From: an uncultured Actinomycetota bacterium
GTDB taxonomy: Bacteria; Actinomycetota; Actinomycetes; Propionibacteriales; Nocardioidaceae
Direction: 5' to 3'
Length of the DNA stretch: 64,000 nt
Assembly: GCA_963827025.1 (NCBI GenBank)
Contig: CAWGZB010000005.1
Location: 711,471-775,470, forward strand
The position numbers were made by a program, and so were the translations under genes. Numbering within the stretch: the stretch's first letter is position 1; each line of letters begins with the position of its first letter. The notes under the pieces are model-generated. The model did no database searches and was not told where the DNA came from. It saw only the letters and a program-made list of their open reading frames with translations. Below are positions 37,780 through 47,143 of this stretch, in pieces.

Positions 37780-39360
37780 TCAGTCGAGGGTGATCCTGAC
37801 CTTGCCGGAGCGATAGACCCGCAGGGTGCCGTGCGCGAAGTCGGCGTACCGGCCGCGCCTGAAGCGCTTCGGTTTGGTCTCGGGCAGCCCGAGGACCGAC
37901 TTGGTGCCGCCGCGGCGCAGGTAGACACGCATCACCCGGCCCCAGAGCTCGTGCGCGCCGGTGTCCGGGCTCCACCAGATCCGTCCGTGCGCGAAGCGCC
38001 GCACCCGGCCACCGCTCACCGCACGCTCGCGGGTCCTGGCGCTGCCCAGCCGCCCCTTGGCGCCGCCGAGCTGCTGCCACCGCTTCGTGATCGGGCTGCC
38101 CGTGGCCGGCGCCGGCGCCGGCGCGGGCGCGGGGGTGGCGGAGCCGCCGCTGCCGCCGCTGCTGGTGCCACCGCCCGCGGTCGGCCCGAAGCTGAACCAG
38201 TCCGAGCGCAGGCCGAAGGTGAAGCGGAAGGTGTTGCCGCTGACCGTGACGTCGGACCGGGAGCCGTCGAGGGTCATCTTCTCCACCCGGCCGTACCAGT
38301 CACCGTTGCCGTTGCGCTGGGTGACCACGATCCGCTTGAGCTTACCGAGCGCCGGCCAGGCCGACTGGATCCGGGAAGCTGCGAGCTTCGTGGTCCAGGT
38401 GTGCATCGGGTTGCCGCTGAAGTCGTCGTAGGGGTCGGCCTGGGCCGGCAGGTACGGCACGCTCCCGGCAGAGGTCCAGCCGCCGCTGGAGGAGCCAAAC
38501 TGGGTGAACGCCGGGCGGCCGCCGTAGGTGAGGACCTCCCCCGCGGTCGCGTCGACCGCCGCGTTGCCCCGGGAGTCCTCCGAGCTCAGACCCCCGTAGA
38601 CCTGGCAGGACGTGGTGTCGCAGGTCTGGTAGTAGCGGGTCGCGTGGTCGCTGCGGTCGCGCGCGGCATAGGTCCGGGCGGCCACCGCTTGCGCCTGCAC
38701 CGCGGCGGGCAGCCACGATGCCGGCATCTCCCGAGGCACCACGCCCTTGACGTAGTCCTCCAGGGGCAGCACGTTCACGGTGTCCTTGTTGACCAGGCGG
38801 AGCGCTCCGCGATAGATGCGCGAGCCGGAGCCCAGCCGCAGGGTGAGCGGCACCTTCGCCTCGAACTGCGCCGCCCCGTCGAGCGTGCGCCAGGCGTGCC
38901 AGGAGCCCTGGTGGTACTCCACCGCGGTGCCGCCGCTCGCGGGGCGCAACCGCCAGGAGGTGGCACCCACGTCCGTGGGCACGGGGTACGACGACCCGCC
39001 AGACACCGCCCGGACCCGCAGCCCCTTGGCCGGATCGACCTGGACGTTGTTGTCGCTGTCGGCGGTGATCAGCACCCGGATCTCGTCCCCGGCCGAGCCG
39101 AAGCTCGTGCCCGGGTAGTAGAAGCGGAGGATCTGCCGGTAGCCGAGTCCCTGACGCGCGGCCCCCTGGGCGCCGTACTGGGACATGCCGTGGCCGTGGC
39201 CGTAGCCGTGTCCGGTCACCGTGAAGGTGCCGCCGGAGGGGACGGTGTAGACCTGCGAGACCGAGCGCGAGGCGACGGCCGGCTCGCCCGGCGCCATGGT
39301 CGCGGCGACCGCGACCGCCAGGACCGCTCCGGTTGCCGCGCGGCGGACCTGCTGTGACAT
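37780..39360 (-). CDS. Secreted SpoIID/LytB-domain protein with C-terminal LGFP-like repeats
   Basis: Signal-peptide-like N-terminus (MSQQVRRAATGAVLAVAVAATMAPGEPAVA). SpoIID core GHGYGHGHGMSQYGAQGAA..YRQILRFYYPGT and YLKGVVPREMP...EAVQAQAVAARTYA. The tail has two repeats resembling LGFP (LGSARTRE...HGRIWWSP; LGLPETKP...HGTLRVYR). Confidence 0.85.
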   Translation of the reverse strand: MSQQVRRAATGAVLAVAVAATMAPGEPAVASRSVSQVYTVPSGGTFTVTGHGYGHGHGMSQYGAQGAARQGLGYRQILRFYYPGTSFGSAGDEIRVLITADSDNNVQVDPAKGLRVRAVSGGSSYPVPTDVGATSWRLRPASGGTAVEYHQGSWHAWRTLDGAAQFEAKVPLTLRLGSGSRIYRGALRLVNKDTVNVLPLEDYVKGVVPREMPASWLPAAVQAQAVAARTYAARDRSDHATRYYQTCDTTSCQVYGGLSSEDSRGNAAVDATAGEVLTYGGRPAFTQFGSSSGGWTSAGSVPYLPAQADPYDDFSGNPMHTWTTKLAASRIQSAWPALGKLKRIVVTQRNGNGDWYGRVEKMTLDGSRSDVTVSGNTFRFTFGLRSDWFSFGPTAGGGTSSGGSGGSATPAPAPAPAPATGSPITKRWQQLGGAKGRLGSARTRERAVSGGRVRRFAHGRIWWSPDTGAHELWGRVMRVYLRRGGTKSVLGLPETKPKRFRRGRYADFAHGTLRVYRSGKVRITLD

Positions 39361-39473
39361 GTGTGACCCCGGAAGACTGTTGGGACGGATGCGATTCTCG
39401 CTCAGTATCGGCGTCGAAAAGGAAATAGATCACCAAACCGGGCTAATTACATATGGGTCATTCCGGTGACCGA

Positions 39474-40904
39474 TCAGCGGGGCGAGTGCAACCGGCGCGC
39501 CGCTTCGGCGATCGACCCGCTCATCGAGGGGTAGACGGTGAACGCGTGGGCCAGCTGGTCGACGGTGAGGGACTCCGCGACCGCGAGCGCGATCGCGTGC
39601 ACCAGCTCGCTCGCGCGCGGGGCCACCACGACGCCGCCGACGACGATGCCGGTGCCTGGCCTGCTGAACAGCTTCACGAAGCCGTCGTGGACGCCCTGCA
39701 TCTTCGCGCGGGGGTTGCCCGCGAGCCGCAGGGTCACCGAGCTCGCCTGGATCTCCTCGGCCTCCACGGACTGCTGCGACCACCCGACCGTGGCGATCTC
39801 CGGAGCGGTGAAGACGTTGGAGGCCACCTGCTTGAGGTCGAGCGGGATCACCGCATCCCCCAGGAAGTGCCACATCGCGATCCGGCCCTGCATCGCGGCG
39901 ACGCTGGCGAGCATCAGCACGCCGGTGCAGTCGCCGGCGGCGTACACGCCCCGAGCACTGGTGCGCGAGACCCGGTCCACCCGCACGAACCCGCGCTCGT
40001 CGAGCTGGACCCCCGCCTCCTCCAGGCCCAGGCCCTCGGTGTTCGGCACCGACCCGAGCGCCAGCAGGCAGTGCGACCCGGTGACGGTGCGCCCGTCGGT
40101 GAGCCTCACCTCCACGTCGTCGCCCCGGCGGGTCACCGACTCCATCCGCGACCGGGACAGCACCTGCATGCCGCGCCGGGTGAGCACGTCCTCGAGCACC
40201 TCGGCGGCGTCGGCGTCCTCGCCCGGGAGCACCCGGTCGCGGGAGGACACCAAGACGACCTCGATGCCCAGGGACAGGTAGGCACTGGCGAACTCCGCGC
40301 CGGTGACCCCGGAGCCGACCACCACCAGCTTGGTCGGCATCTCCTCGAGGTCGTAGACCTGCTCCCAGGTCAGGATCCGCTCGCCGTCCGGCTGCGCGGT
40401 GGGCAGCGTCCGGGGGGAGGCGCCGGTAGCGACCAGGACCGCGTCGGCCGGGAGCGTCTCGATCCCGCCGTCGGGGAGGTCCACCACCACGTTGGAGGTG
40501 CCGTCGAGGCGGCCGCGACCGCGCAGCACCCGCACTCCTTCCCGCTCGACCCGCCGCCCGATGTCGGCGGACTGGTCGGCGGCGAGCTTGAGGACCCGCC
40601 GGTTGACCCGACCGAGGTCGACGACCACGTGGTGAGCGGCGTCCCCCTCCTGGTCGGCGAAGGCGATGCCGAGCTCCGGGGCCGTGGACAGGTCCGACAT
40701 CAGCTCGGCGGTCGCGATCAGTGTCTTGCTGGGCACGCAGTCGGTGAGCACCGCGGAGCCGCCGAGTCCGTCGCGGTCGACCACGGTCACCTCGGCGCCG
40801 AGCTGCGCGGCCACCAGGGCCGCCTCGTAACCGCCCGGTCCGCCGCCGACGATCACCACGCGGTCACCGCTGCCGAACCCTGCTCCCGACGCTGGTTCGC
40901 TCAT
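39474..40904 (-). CDS. lpdA: Pyridine nucleotide-disulfide oxidoreductase, LpdA-type NAD(P)H dehydrogenase (single-Cys variant)
   Basis: FAD motif VVIVGGGPGGYEAA. GGSAVLTDCVPSKTL has only one Cys where true dihydrolipoamide dehydrogenase has CxxxxC, as in mycobacterial LpdA-like enzymes. NAD motif VVVGSGVTGAEFA. The start is ATG 40904 or 40922. Confidence 0.8.
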   Translation of the reverse strand: MSEPASGAGFGSGDRVVIVGGGPGGYEAALVAAQLGAEVTVVDRDGLGGSAVLTDCVPSKTLIATAELMSDLSTAPELGIAFADQEGDAAHHVVVDLGRVNRRVLKLAADQSADIGRRVEREGVRVLRGRGRLDGTSNVVVDLPDGGIETLPADAVLVATGASPRTLPTAQPDGERILTWEQVYDLEEMPTKLVVVGSGVTGAEFASAYLSLGIEVVLVSSRDRVLPGEDADAAEVLEDVLTRRGMQVLSRSRMESVTRRGDDVEVRLTDGRTVTGSHCLLALGSVPNTEGLGLEEAGVQLDERGFVRVDRVSRTSARGVYAAGDCTGVLMLASVAAMQGRIAMWHFLGDAVIPLDLKQVASNVFTAPEIATVGWSQQSVEAEEIQASSVTLRLAGNPRAKMQGVHDGFVKLFSRPGTGIVVGGVVVAPRASELVHAIALAVAESLTVDQLAHAFTVYPSMSGSIAEAARRLHSPR

Positions 40905-40960
40905 TGGTTCATTGTGTCGCATGTCGCCGAACCACCTCGACCCGCAATACTGAGCGCGCC

Positions 40961-41431
40961 ATGACCCCATCCCGCACGACTCCCTACGCGGCGTACGGCA
41001 CCAACCTGGACCCGGCGCGGATGGGTGAACGCTGCCCGCACTCGCCGCTGCGCGGCACCGGCTGGCTCGAGGGCTGGCGGCTCACCTTCGGCGGCGAGGA
41101 CCACGGCTGGGACGGCGCGCTGACCACGATCGTGCCGGACCCGTTCGAGCAGGTCTTCGTGGCGGTCTACGACGTCAGTGAGGACGACGTGGTCGCGCTG
41201 GACGGCTGGGAGTCGGCAGACACCGGGCTCTACCGCAAGACCAAGGTGCGGGTCTCCACGATGACCGAGGAGGTCGTCGCGTGGGTCTACGTCCTGGACG
41301 CCTTCGAAGGCGGTCTGCCCTCGGCGAGCTACCTGGGCACCCTCGCCGACGCCGCCGAGGCCGCGGACGCACCCGCGGACTACGTCGCCGCCCTGCGCGC
41401 CCGCCCCTGCCGCTCGAACTTCGGCGGCTAG
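40961..41431 (+). CDS. Gamma-glutamylcyclotransferase (GGCT/AIG2-like) family protein
   Basis: MTPSRTTPYAAYGTNLDPARMGERCP... (the YxxYGSNL-type N-terminal motif), followed by WRLTF... and VAVYDVSEDDVVALDGWE. Confidence 0.65.
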   Translation: MTPSRTTPYAAYGTNLDPARMGERCPHSPLRGTGWLEGWRLTFGGEDHGWDGALTTIVPDPFEQVFVAVYDVSEDDVVALDGWESADTGLYRKTKVRVSTMTEEVVAWVYVLDAFEGGLPSASYLGTLADAAEAADAPADYVAALRARPCRSNFGG

Positions 41432-41439
41432 CTCCGCCG

Positions 41440-42150
41440 TCAGACCCGGCTGACCAGGACCCCGCCGTCCCTGCGTACGACGCGCCGCACCCGGCCTTCG
41501 CCGCGCACCGACCACGAGTCGCCGTCGACCACGAGCGCCGTGCTCTCGTCGATGGCCACGCCGTCGGTGACCAACCCCGCCTCGATCGCCCCCACGAGCC
41601 GGCCCAGCGTGCCCCACTGGGAGGCGTGCACGTCCACGGCGACGTCGACCAGGCCGATGCCGTCGACGACGGTGACCTCGTCGAGCTCCTCGTTGTTGTC
41701 CTCGGGAGTCACCACCAGCCCGCCGACGCGCCAGCCTCCGATCACCGCACGGCGAGCGGCGATCGCGGCGCCGGCCGAGAAGCCGAGGTAGGGCAGTCCG
41801 TCCGCGACCAGGTCCGCGATCCGCCCGTAGAGCGGCGCCAGGGAGGCGCGGTACTCCGGCGTCGGGCCGCCGCCCACGAACAGGCCGTCGAGTGCTTCGA
41901 CCGCCTGCGCCGGGCAGGGGACGCCCTCGGCGAAGCGGGTGATCACCAGCTCGTGCGGCTCACCGGCCACACCGAGGGCGCGCACGTAGCGCTGGTGGTA
42001 CTCCAGCGCCTCGTCGTCGGTGCCCATCAGGACCAGCCCGATCCGGGGAACGCCTCCGCCACTGCGCCGGGCGCTCTCCCGCAGGAAGGCACCGAAGACC
42101 GAGGGGGCGGCGGCGTCCGACCAGCCGCCGCCGACGAGGTGGACGCTCAT
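41440..42150 (-). CDS. Peptidase S51 / type-1 glutamine-amidotransferase-like protein (dipeptidase E / cyanophycinase family)
   Basis: ATG at 42148-42150 ([12 protein letters not shown]...). Motifs LFVGGGPT and the nucleophile elbow [11 protein letters not shown]. Confidence 0.6.
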   Translation of the reverse strand: MSVHLVGGGWSDAAAPSVFGAFLRESARRSGGGVPRIGLVLMGTDDEALEYHQRYVRALGVAGEPHELVITRFAEGVPCPAQAVEALDGLFVGGGPTPEYRASLAPLYGRIADLVADGLPYLGFSAGAAIAARRAVIGGWRVGGLVVTPEDNNEELDEVTVVDGIGLVDVAVDVHASQWGTLGRLVGAIEAGLVTDGVAIDESTALVVDGDSWSVRGEGRVRRVVRRDGGVLVSRV

Positions 42151-42200
42151 ACGGCGGGAGGCTAGGCGACCGCCGGCGGGCCCGCCCCGCGGCGCGCAGG

Positions 42201-43016
42201 GTGTGCGACAGTCCTCCCGTGACCGAGAGCTACAGCGAGGCGGCCACGGCCGCGGCGAGCGTGCTGGCCGAGCTGACCGGCGTGGAGCGCCACGACGTCG
42301 CCCTGGTGATGGGCTCGGGCTGGATGCCCGCGGTCGCCGCGCTCGGCGAGGCACGGGCCGAGATCAGCACCACCGAGCTGCCCGGCTTCGCACCGCCGGC
42401 GGTGGAAGGGCATGCCGGCACGGTGCGGTCCGTACGTGCCGGCGACCGCGATCTCCTCGTCTTCCTCGGACGCACCCACCTCTACGAGGGCCTCGGCGTA
42501 CGGCCGGTCGTCCACGGGGTCCGCACCGCCGCAGCCGCCGGCTGCCGCACCGTCGTACTCACCAACGGCTGCGGCGGCCTCGACGAGCGCTGGTCCCCCG
42601 GCACCCCGGTGCTGATCCGCGACCACGTCAACCTCACCGGGACCTCTCCGGTCGAGGGGGCGCACTTCGTCGACCTGACCGACCTCTACAGTCCCCGCCT
42701 GCGCGCCCTGTGCCAGCAGGTGGACCCAGGCCTGGACGAGGGCGTCTACGTGCAGTTCCCCGGGCCCCACTACGAGACGCCCGCGGAGATCGCCATGGTC
42801 CGGGCGATCGGCGGCACGCTGGTCGGCATGAGCACCACGCTCGAGGCGATCGCGGCCCGCGAGGCCGGGATGGAGATCCTCGGGATCAGCCTGGTCACCA
42901 ACCTCGCCGCGGGGATCACCGGTGAGCCTCTCGACCACGAGGAGGTCCTGGCTGCGGGGCGCGCCGCAGCGACTCGCATGGGCGACCTCCTGGCCGCGGT
43001 CGTGCCCGGCATCTGA
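42201..43016 (+). CDS. punA: Purine nucleoside phosphorylase (PunA type)
   Basis: Motifs [53 protein letters not shown]. The start may instead be GTG at 42219. Confidence 0.88.
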   Translation: MCDSPPVTESYSEAATAAASVLAELTGVERHDVALVMGSGWMPAVAALGEARAEISTTELPGFAPPAVEGHAGTVRSVRAGDRDLLVFLGRTHLYEGLGVRPVVHGVRTAAAAGCRTVVLTNGCGGLDERWSPGTPVLIRDHVNLTGTSPVEGAHFVDLTDLYSPRLRALCQQVDPGLDEGVYVQFPGPHYETPAEIAMVRAIGGTLVGMSTTLEAIAAREAGMEILGISLVTNLAAGITGEPLDHEEVLAAGRAAATRMGDLLAAVVPGI

Positions 43017-43172
43017 GGAGTGAGCCGGCAGGTGCGCCGAGCGCAGCGAGGTGTGCCGGAGGCGGGCCCCGCACGATGTCGTGAGGACAGAGCCCGCTGA
43101 TCGGTTGCGTCAAGACCCCGCATTCGGGGTAGGGGCAGAGGCAGTGACCCACCAACTCCGGGGAGAGAGTCG

Positions 43173-43667
43173 ATGAGCCAGGACGAGAACGCCTCCGAGT
43201 CCGAAGGCGGCCAGGAAGAGGGCAACATCCTCGAGCGCGGGATCGACACCGACGAGCGCGCTGGTCGCAGCCAGGGGATCGACCCCCAGGCCGTGCCGGA
43301 CGAGGAGACCAAGGAGGAGTTCGAGGAGGAACGGCAGCGCCGCCTCGACCCCGAGAACCGCCCGGACAACGTCGAGGTCGACAACACCCAGCGCGACTTC
43401 GACGTCGACCGCGGGATGTTCACCGACCGCGACGAGTACGCCGAGGACGCGCCGAAGCCCTATGCCGACCCCGAGGACCCCTCCAGCGAGGCCTCGGAGA
43501 AGACCGAGCAGGGGGGCGAGCCGCAGGGCGGATCCGAGGAGTCCGCGGCCGGTGACGGCAAGCGCGACGAGCAGTCCGGCGGCGCCCAGTCGCACGACGA
43601 GGGCGAGCCGGTGGCCTCGGGGGACGACGATTCCGACGAGCACGACGAGGACCACAAGGCCTCCTGA
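43173..43667 (+). CDS. Highly acidic, low-complexity hypothetical protein
   Basis: 164 aa, very rich in D/E (MSQDENASESEGGQEEGN...DDDSDEHDEDHKAS). GGGGAGAGAG lies upstream of the ATG. GC3 is high. No family recognised. Confidence 0.5.
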   Translation: MSQDENASESEGGQEEGNILERGIDTDERAGRSQGIDPQAVPDEETKEEFEEERQRRLDPENRPDNVEVDNTQRDFDVDRGMFTDRDEYAEDAPKPYADPEDPSSEASEKTEQGGEPQGGSEESAAGDGKRDEQSGGAQSHDEGEPVASGDDDSDEHDEDHKAS

Positions 43668-43697
43668 CCGTCCTCGCGGCCAGGCCACGCCGGTAGC

Positions 43698-44507
43698 GTG
43701 AGCCGCATGAATGCCCTGGTCACCTGCGCGGTCGAGGACGGCATCGCCCACGTCCGGCTCAATCGTCCCGAGAAGCTCAACGCGCTGACGCTGGCGACGC
43801 TCGAGCAGCTCGTCGCGACCGCCCGACAGCTGCGCCGGGACCGCACGCTGCGTGCGGTGGTGATCAGCGGTGCAGGCGAGTCGTTCTGCTCGGGGCTCGA
43901 CTTCGGCTCGGTGCTCGCCCAGCCCTCCGGGATCGTGCGCAGCTTCCTGCCCCGGCCGTGGCGCGGCACCAACACCTTCCAGGAGGCCTGCTGGGCCTGG
44001 CGACGGCTGCCGGTCCCGGTGATCGCGGCGGTGCACGGCCACTGTTACGGCGGCGGCCTGCAGATCGCCCTGGCTGCGGACTTCCGGATCGCCACCCCGG
44101 ACTCGGAGTGGTCGGTGCTCGAGGGCAAGTGGGGAATCATCCCGGACATGACCGGCGTCCGCACGCTGAAGGAGCTGGTCGGCGTCGACACGGCCAAGCA
44201 GCTGACCATGACCGCCCGGATGCTCTCGGGCAAGGAGGCGCACGACCTCGGCCTGGTCACCGAGCTCGCCGCGGTCCCCGAGGAGGCTGCTCACGCTCTC
44301 GCCCGGGAGCTGTCCCTCCGCTCCCCCGACGCGCTGGCCGCCGCCAAGCGCCTCTTCGACGGCACCTGGACCAGCTCGGCCCGACACACCTTCGCCCGCG
44401 AGCGCGCCGAGCAGCTGTTCCTGCTGTTCGCCGCCAACACCAAGGCCGCCCGCAAGGCCGCCTTCGCGAAGGTGCCGCCCAGCTTCGGCCCCCGAGGCCG
44501 ACGCTGA
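43698..44507 (+). CDS. Enoyl-CoA hydratase/isomerase (crotonase) family protein
   Basis: Motifs VRLNRPEKLNALT, VVISGAGESFCSGLDF, AAVHGHCYGGGLQIALAADFRIA. Confidence 0.85.
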   Translation: MSRMNALVTCAVEDGIAHVRLNRPEKLNALTLATLEQLVATARQLRRDRTLRAVVISGAGESFCSGLDFGSVLAQPSGIVRSFLPRPWRGTNTFQEACWAWRRLPVPVIAAVHGHCYGGGLQIALAADFRIATPDSEWSVLEGKWGIIPDMTGVRTLKELVGVDTAKQLTMTARMLSGKEAHDLGLVTELAAVPEEAAHALARELSLRSPDALAAAKRLFDGTWTSSARHTFARERAEQLFLLFAANTKAARKAAFAKVPPSFGPRGRR

Positions 44508-44590
44508 CCGTGCGGTAAGTCTCGGCGAGGAGCCGGTCGGCGGGGACGCCGCGCCGTTCCTCCACGGCGCACGCACTAGCCTGCGGAACC

Positions 44591-46240
44591 ATGAGCGCCA
44601 GCGACCCCGACCGCGACCTGCTCGACCGCGCACGGGCCTGGGCCGCCGAAGATCCCGACCCGCAGACCCGACGCGAGCTCGAGGAGCTCATCGCCCAGGG
44701 GCCGAGTGCGGAGCTCGCCGACCGGTTCGCCGGCATCCTCGAGTTCGGGACGGCGGGTCTGCGCGGCGCCCTGGGAGCCGGCCCGCACCGGATGAACCGG
44801 GTGGTCGTGCTCCGCACCGCCGCGGGGTTGGCGGCCCACCTGAAGCAGCAGGGCGCCGGAGCCGACGACGCCGTGGTGATCGGCTACGACGCCCGGCACA
44901 ACTCCGAGGTGTTCGCGCGTGACACCGCCGAGGTCATGTCCGGCGCGGGGCTCCGCGCGCTGCTCCTGCCGCGCCCGCTGCCCACTCCTCTGCTCGCCTT
45001 CGCGATCCTCGACCTCGGGTGCGTCGCCGGCGTGATGGTGACCGCCAGCCACAACCCACCGCAGGACAACGGCTACAAGGTCTACCTGGGGGACGGCAGC
45101 CAGATCGTGCCGCCCGCGGACACCGAGATCGCGGCGCAGATCGAGGCGGTCGGCGCCCTCGCCGACGTCTCCCGGAGCCAGGACCGCATCGAGGTCCTCG
45201 ACGACGCCGTGCTCGAGCGCTACCTCGACACCGTCGTCGACCTCGCCGGCGGTGGGCCGCGCGACCTCGGCGTCGTCTACACACCGCTGCACGGCGTCGG
45301 GGGTACGACGGTCCGCGAGGCCCTGCGTCGCGCCGGGTTCGCCGACCCGCACGTGGTGCCGGAGCAGCTCGAGCCCGACCCGGACTTCCCCACGGTCTCC
45401 TTCCCCAATCCCGAGGAGCCCGGCTCCATGGACCTGGCGCTGGCGCTGGCCGAGGACGTCGGCGCCGACATCGTCGTGGCCAACGACCCGGACGCCGACC
45501 GCTGCGCCGTGGCACTGCCCGGTCCGCACGGTTGGCAGATGCTGCGCGGCGACGAGGTAGGTGCGATCCTCGCCGCCCACCTGCTCGAGCTGCGACGCGA
45601 GGGCGTCTACGCCACCTCGATCGTGTCGTCCTCGCTGCTGGGCAAGATGGCGCGGGCCGAGCGGCAGATGCACGCCGAGACGCTGACCGGCTTCAAGTGG
45701 ATCGGCCGGATCCACGGACTGGCCTTCGGCTACGAGGAGGCGCTGGGCTACTGCGTGGACCCGGCGCACGTGAAGGACAAGGACGGGATCTCCGCCCTGC
45801 TGATGGTCTGCGACGTCGCCGCCCGGGCGAAGGCGCGCGGGCGGACGCTGTGGGACCTGCTCGACGACCTCGCCCGCCGCTACGGGCTGCACGCCACCGA
45901 CCAGCTCTCGGTGCGGATGGACGACCTGGCCGAGATCCCCGCGGTGGTCGACCGGCTGCGCGACCACCCCCCGGCCGAGCTCGGTGGGCTGCGGGTCGAG
46001 CACGTCGACGACCTTTCCACCGGCTCCGAAGACCTGCCGCCGACCATCGGGCTGCGCTTCCGGCTGGCCGACGACGCGCGGGTCGTCGTACGCCCCTCGG
46101 GGACGGAGCCGAAGATCAAGTGCTACCTCGAGGTCGTCGTCCCGGTCGACGCGGAGGGGGGCGTCGATGCCGCCAGGATCAACGCGGCGGGGCGTCTGGA
46201 CGCGATCCGTGGGGACCTGAAGGCCGCCGCGGGCCTCTGA
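44591..46240 (+). CDS. Phospho-sugar mutase (alpha-D-phosphohexomutase family; phosphomannomutase/phosphopentomutase-like)
   Basis: Active-site loop VMVTASHNPPQDNGYKVY, metal loop ANDPDADRCA, sugar loop GFKW / GYEEALGY, C-terminal VVRPSGTEPKIKCY. It lies near punA, as in other actinobacteria. Confidence 0.85.
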   Translation: MSASDPDRDLLDRARAWAAEDPDPQTRRELEELIAQGPSAELADRFAGILEFGTAGLRGALGAGPHRMNRVVVLRTAAGLAAHLKQQGAGADDAVVIGYDARHNSEVFARDTAEVMSGAGLRALLLPRPLPTPLLAFAILDLGCVAGVMVTASHNPPQDNGYKVYLGDGSQIVPPADTEIAAQIEAVGALADVSRSQDRIEVLDDAVLERYLDTVVDLAGGGPRDLGVVYTPLHGVGGTTVREALRRAGFADPHVVPEQLEPDPDFPTVSFPNPEEPGSMDLALALAEDVGADIVVANDPDADRCAVALPGPHGWQMLRGDEVGAILAAHLLELRREGVYATSIVSSSLLGKMARAERQMHAETLTGFKWIGRIHGLAFGYEEALGYCVDPAHVKDKDGISALLMVCDVAARAKARGRTLWDLLDDLARRYGLHATDQLSVRMDDLAEIPAVVDRLRDHPPAELGGLRVEHVDDLSTGSEDLPPTIGLRFRLADDARVVVRPSGTEPKIKCYLEVVVPVDAEGGVDAARINAAGRLDAIRGDLKAAAGL

Positions 46241-46268
46241 CCGGACCCGTCATGCACCGAGAACTCGA

Positions 46269-46298
46269 CTCGATCACCGAATACTTCCGGTGATCGAG
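46269..46298 (+). terminator. Intrinsic-terminator-like hairpin after the phospho-sugar mutase gene
   Basis: CTCGATCACCG-aatacttc-CGGTGATCGAG (11-bp perfect stem) followed by TTCGGTTTC. Confidence 0.55.
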
Positions 46299-46300
46299 TT

Positions 46301-46328
46301 CGGTTTCACAGTACGTATTGTGAAACCG
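46301..46328. terminator. Second hairpin in the convergent gap (probably serves the minus-strand PH-domain gene)
   Basis: CGGTTTCACA-gtacgtat-TGTGAAACCG, a 10-bp perfect stem that starts 2 nt after the first hairpin ends. Confidence 0.45.
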
Positions 46329-46335
46329 AGAGTCC

Positions 46336-46860
46336 TCAGTTCACCACCCGCGGCCCGCGCAGGCCCGAGCGCTGCACCACCCGCTGGATGGTCAGGTCGC
46401 GCTCGTCGGGACGCCCGACGTAGGTGATGTCGCGCAGGCCTTGCTCCCGCGCCGCGGACTCGAAGGTGAAGTGCCCGAAGCCCAGGATCCGGCCGTGCAG
46501 CGGCTTGACCACCGTGATGTCCAGGATCCGGCCGAGCGGCATCGTCGCCGTCGAGCGGCTGAACACCCCTTTCATCCGGAAGACGCGCATGTTGGTGATC
46601 ACGAAGCGGTCCAGCTGGGCCGCCTTGGCCTTCCACCACGCCGCCAGCCAGAGTCCGAGACCGAGCAGCAGGGGCAGCCAGGCGACGTCCGGGGGCGCGA
46701 GCGCGGCGATGTAGAGCGAGAGGCAACCGGTGAGCAGGTAGACCACCGACCAGGTATGCACGACCCAGTGCTTGCGCACGACATCCACGATCACCTCGCC
46801 CTCCTCGCGGAGGAGGTGGCGGCCGATGTCGGCGTCGACGTCGCCGCGAAGCAGGCCCAC
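46336..46860 (-). CDS. Membrane-anchored bacterial PH-domain (bPH_2/YdbS-like) protein
   Basis: Two TM helices (WSVVYLLTGCLSLYIAAL, LPLLLGLGLWLAAWW) are followed by FVITNMRVFRMKGVFSRSTATMPLGRILDITVVKPLHGRILGFGHFTFES. Confidence 0.65.
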   Translation of the reverse strand: MGLLRGDVDADIGRHLLREEGEVIVDVVRKHWVVHTWSVVYLLTGCLSLYIAALAPPDVAWLPLLLGLGLWLAAWWKAKAAQLDRFVITNMRVFRMKGVFSRSTATMPLGRILDITVVKPLHGRILGFGHFTFESAAREQGLRDITYVGRPDERDLTIQRVVQRSGLRGPRVVN

Positions 46861-46872
46861 GACCGTCCCCGG

Positions 46873-47052
46873 CTACGAGGTGACGGCGTCGAGGAAGCTC
46901 GAGATCGCCTTGAACAGCGAGACCAGGCCGTCCCAGACCAAGGTGCCGGTGGACTTGGCGAGGTCGGCCAGGTGCGAGGGGTCGGTGAACAGCAGCCAGC
47001 CGACGAAGAGGACGACCACGAGGACGATGCCCTTCTTCAACGCGTCATCCAT
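46873..47052 (-). CDS. Small membrane protein (59 aa)
   Basis: MDDALKKGIVLVVVLFVGWLLFTDPSHLADLAKSTGTLVWDGLVSLFKAISSFLDAVTS. AGGAG lies 6 nt upstream of the ATG. It sits 12 nt upstream of the PH-domain gene. Confidence 0.45.
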   Translation of the reverse strand: MDDALKKGIVLVVVLFVGWLLFTDPSHLADLAKSTGTLVWDGLVSLFKAISSFLDAVTS

Positions 47053-47143
47053 CGTCAGCTCCTGGGTCGGGGGAAGTCGGCCGGTTGCCTCCTCCACCGT
47101 TGTACCAAGCGCAGGCCCGGCACGGCGGGAGGCGCGCCCCGAC

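Noticed and set aside
39361-39473. A cyclic-di-AMP (ydaO-type) or other riboswitch might lie upstream of the SpoIID/LytB cell-wall gene.
   Set aside because: The leader is only ~113 nt, AT-rich, and shows none of the conserved pseudo-symmetric ydaO helices or ACGGGG/CCCGA-type cores that I can recognise. It is more likely a plain promoter region.
46301-46328. The second hairpin contains TCACA-N8-TGTGA and might be a CRP/GlxR-type binding site.
   Set aside because: The CRP-family consensus is TGTGA-N6-TCACA. Here the half-sites are in the opposite order and the spacing is 8 nt. The site also lies between two gene 3' ends, so a terminator hairpin is the simpler reading.
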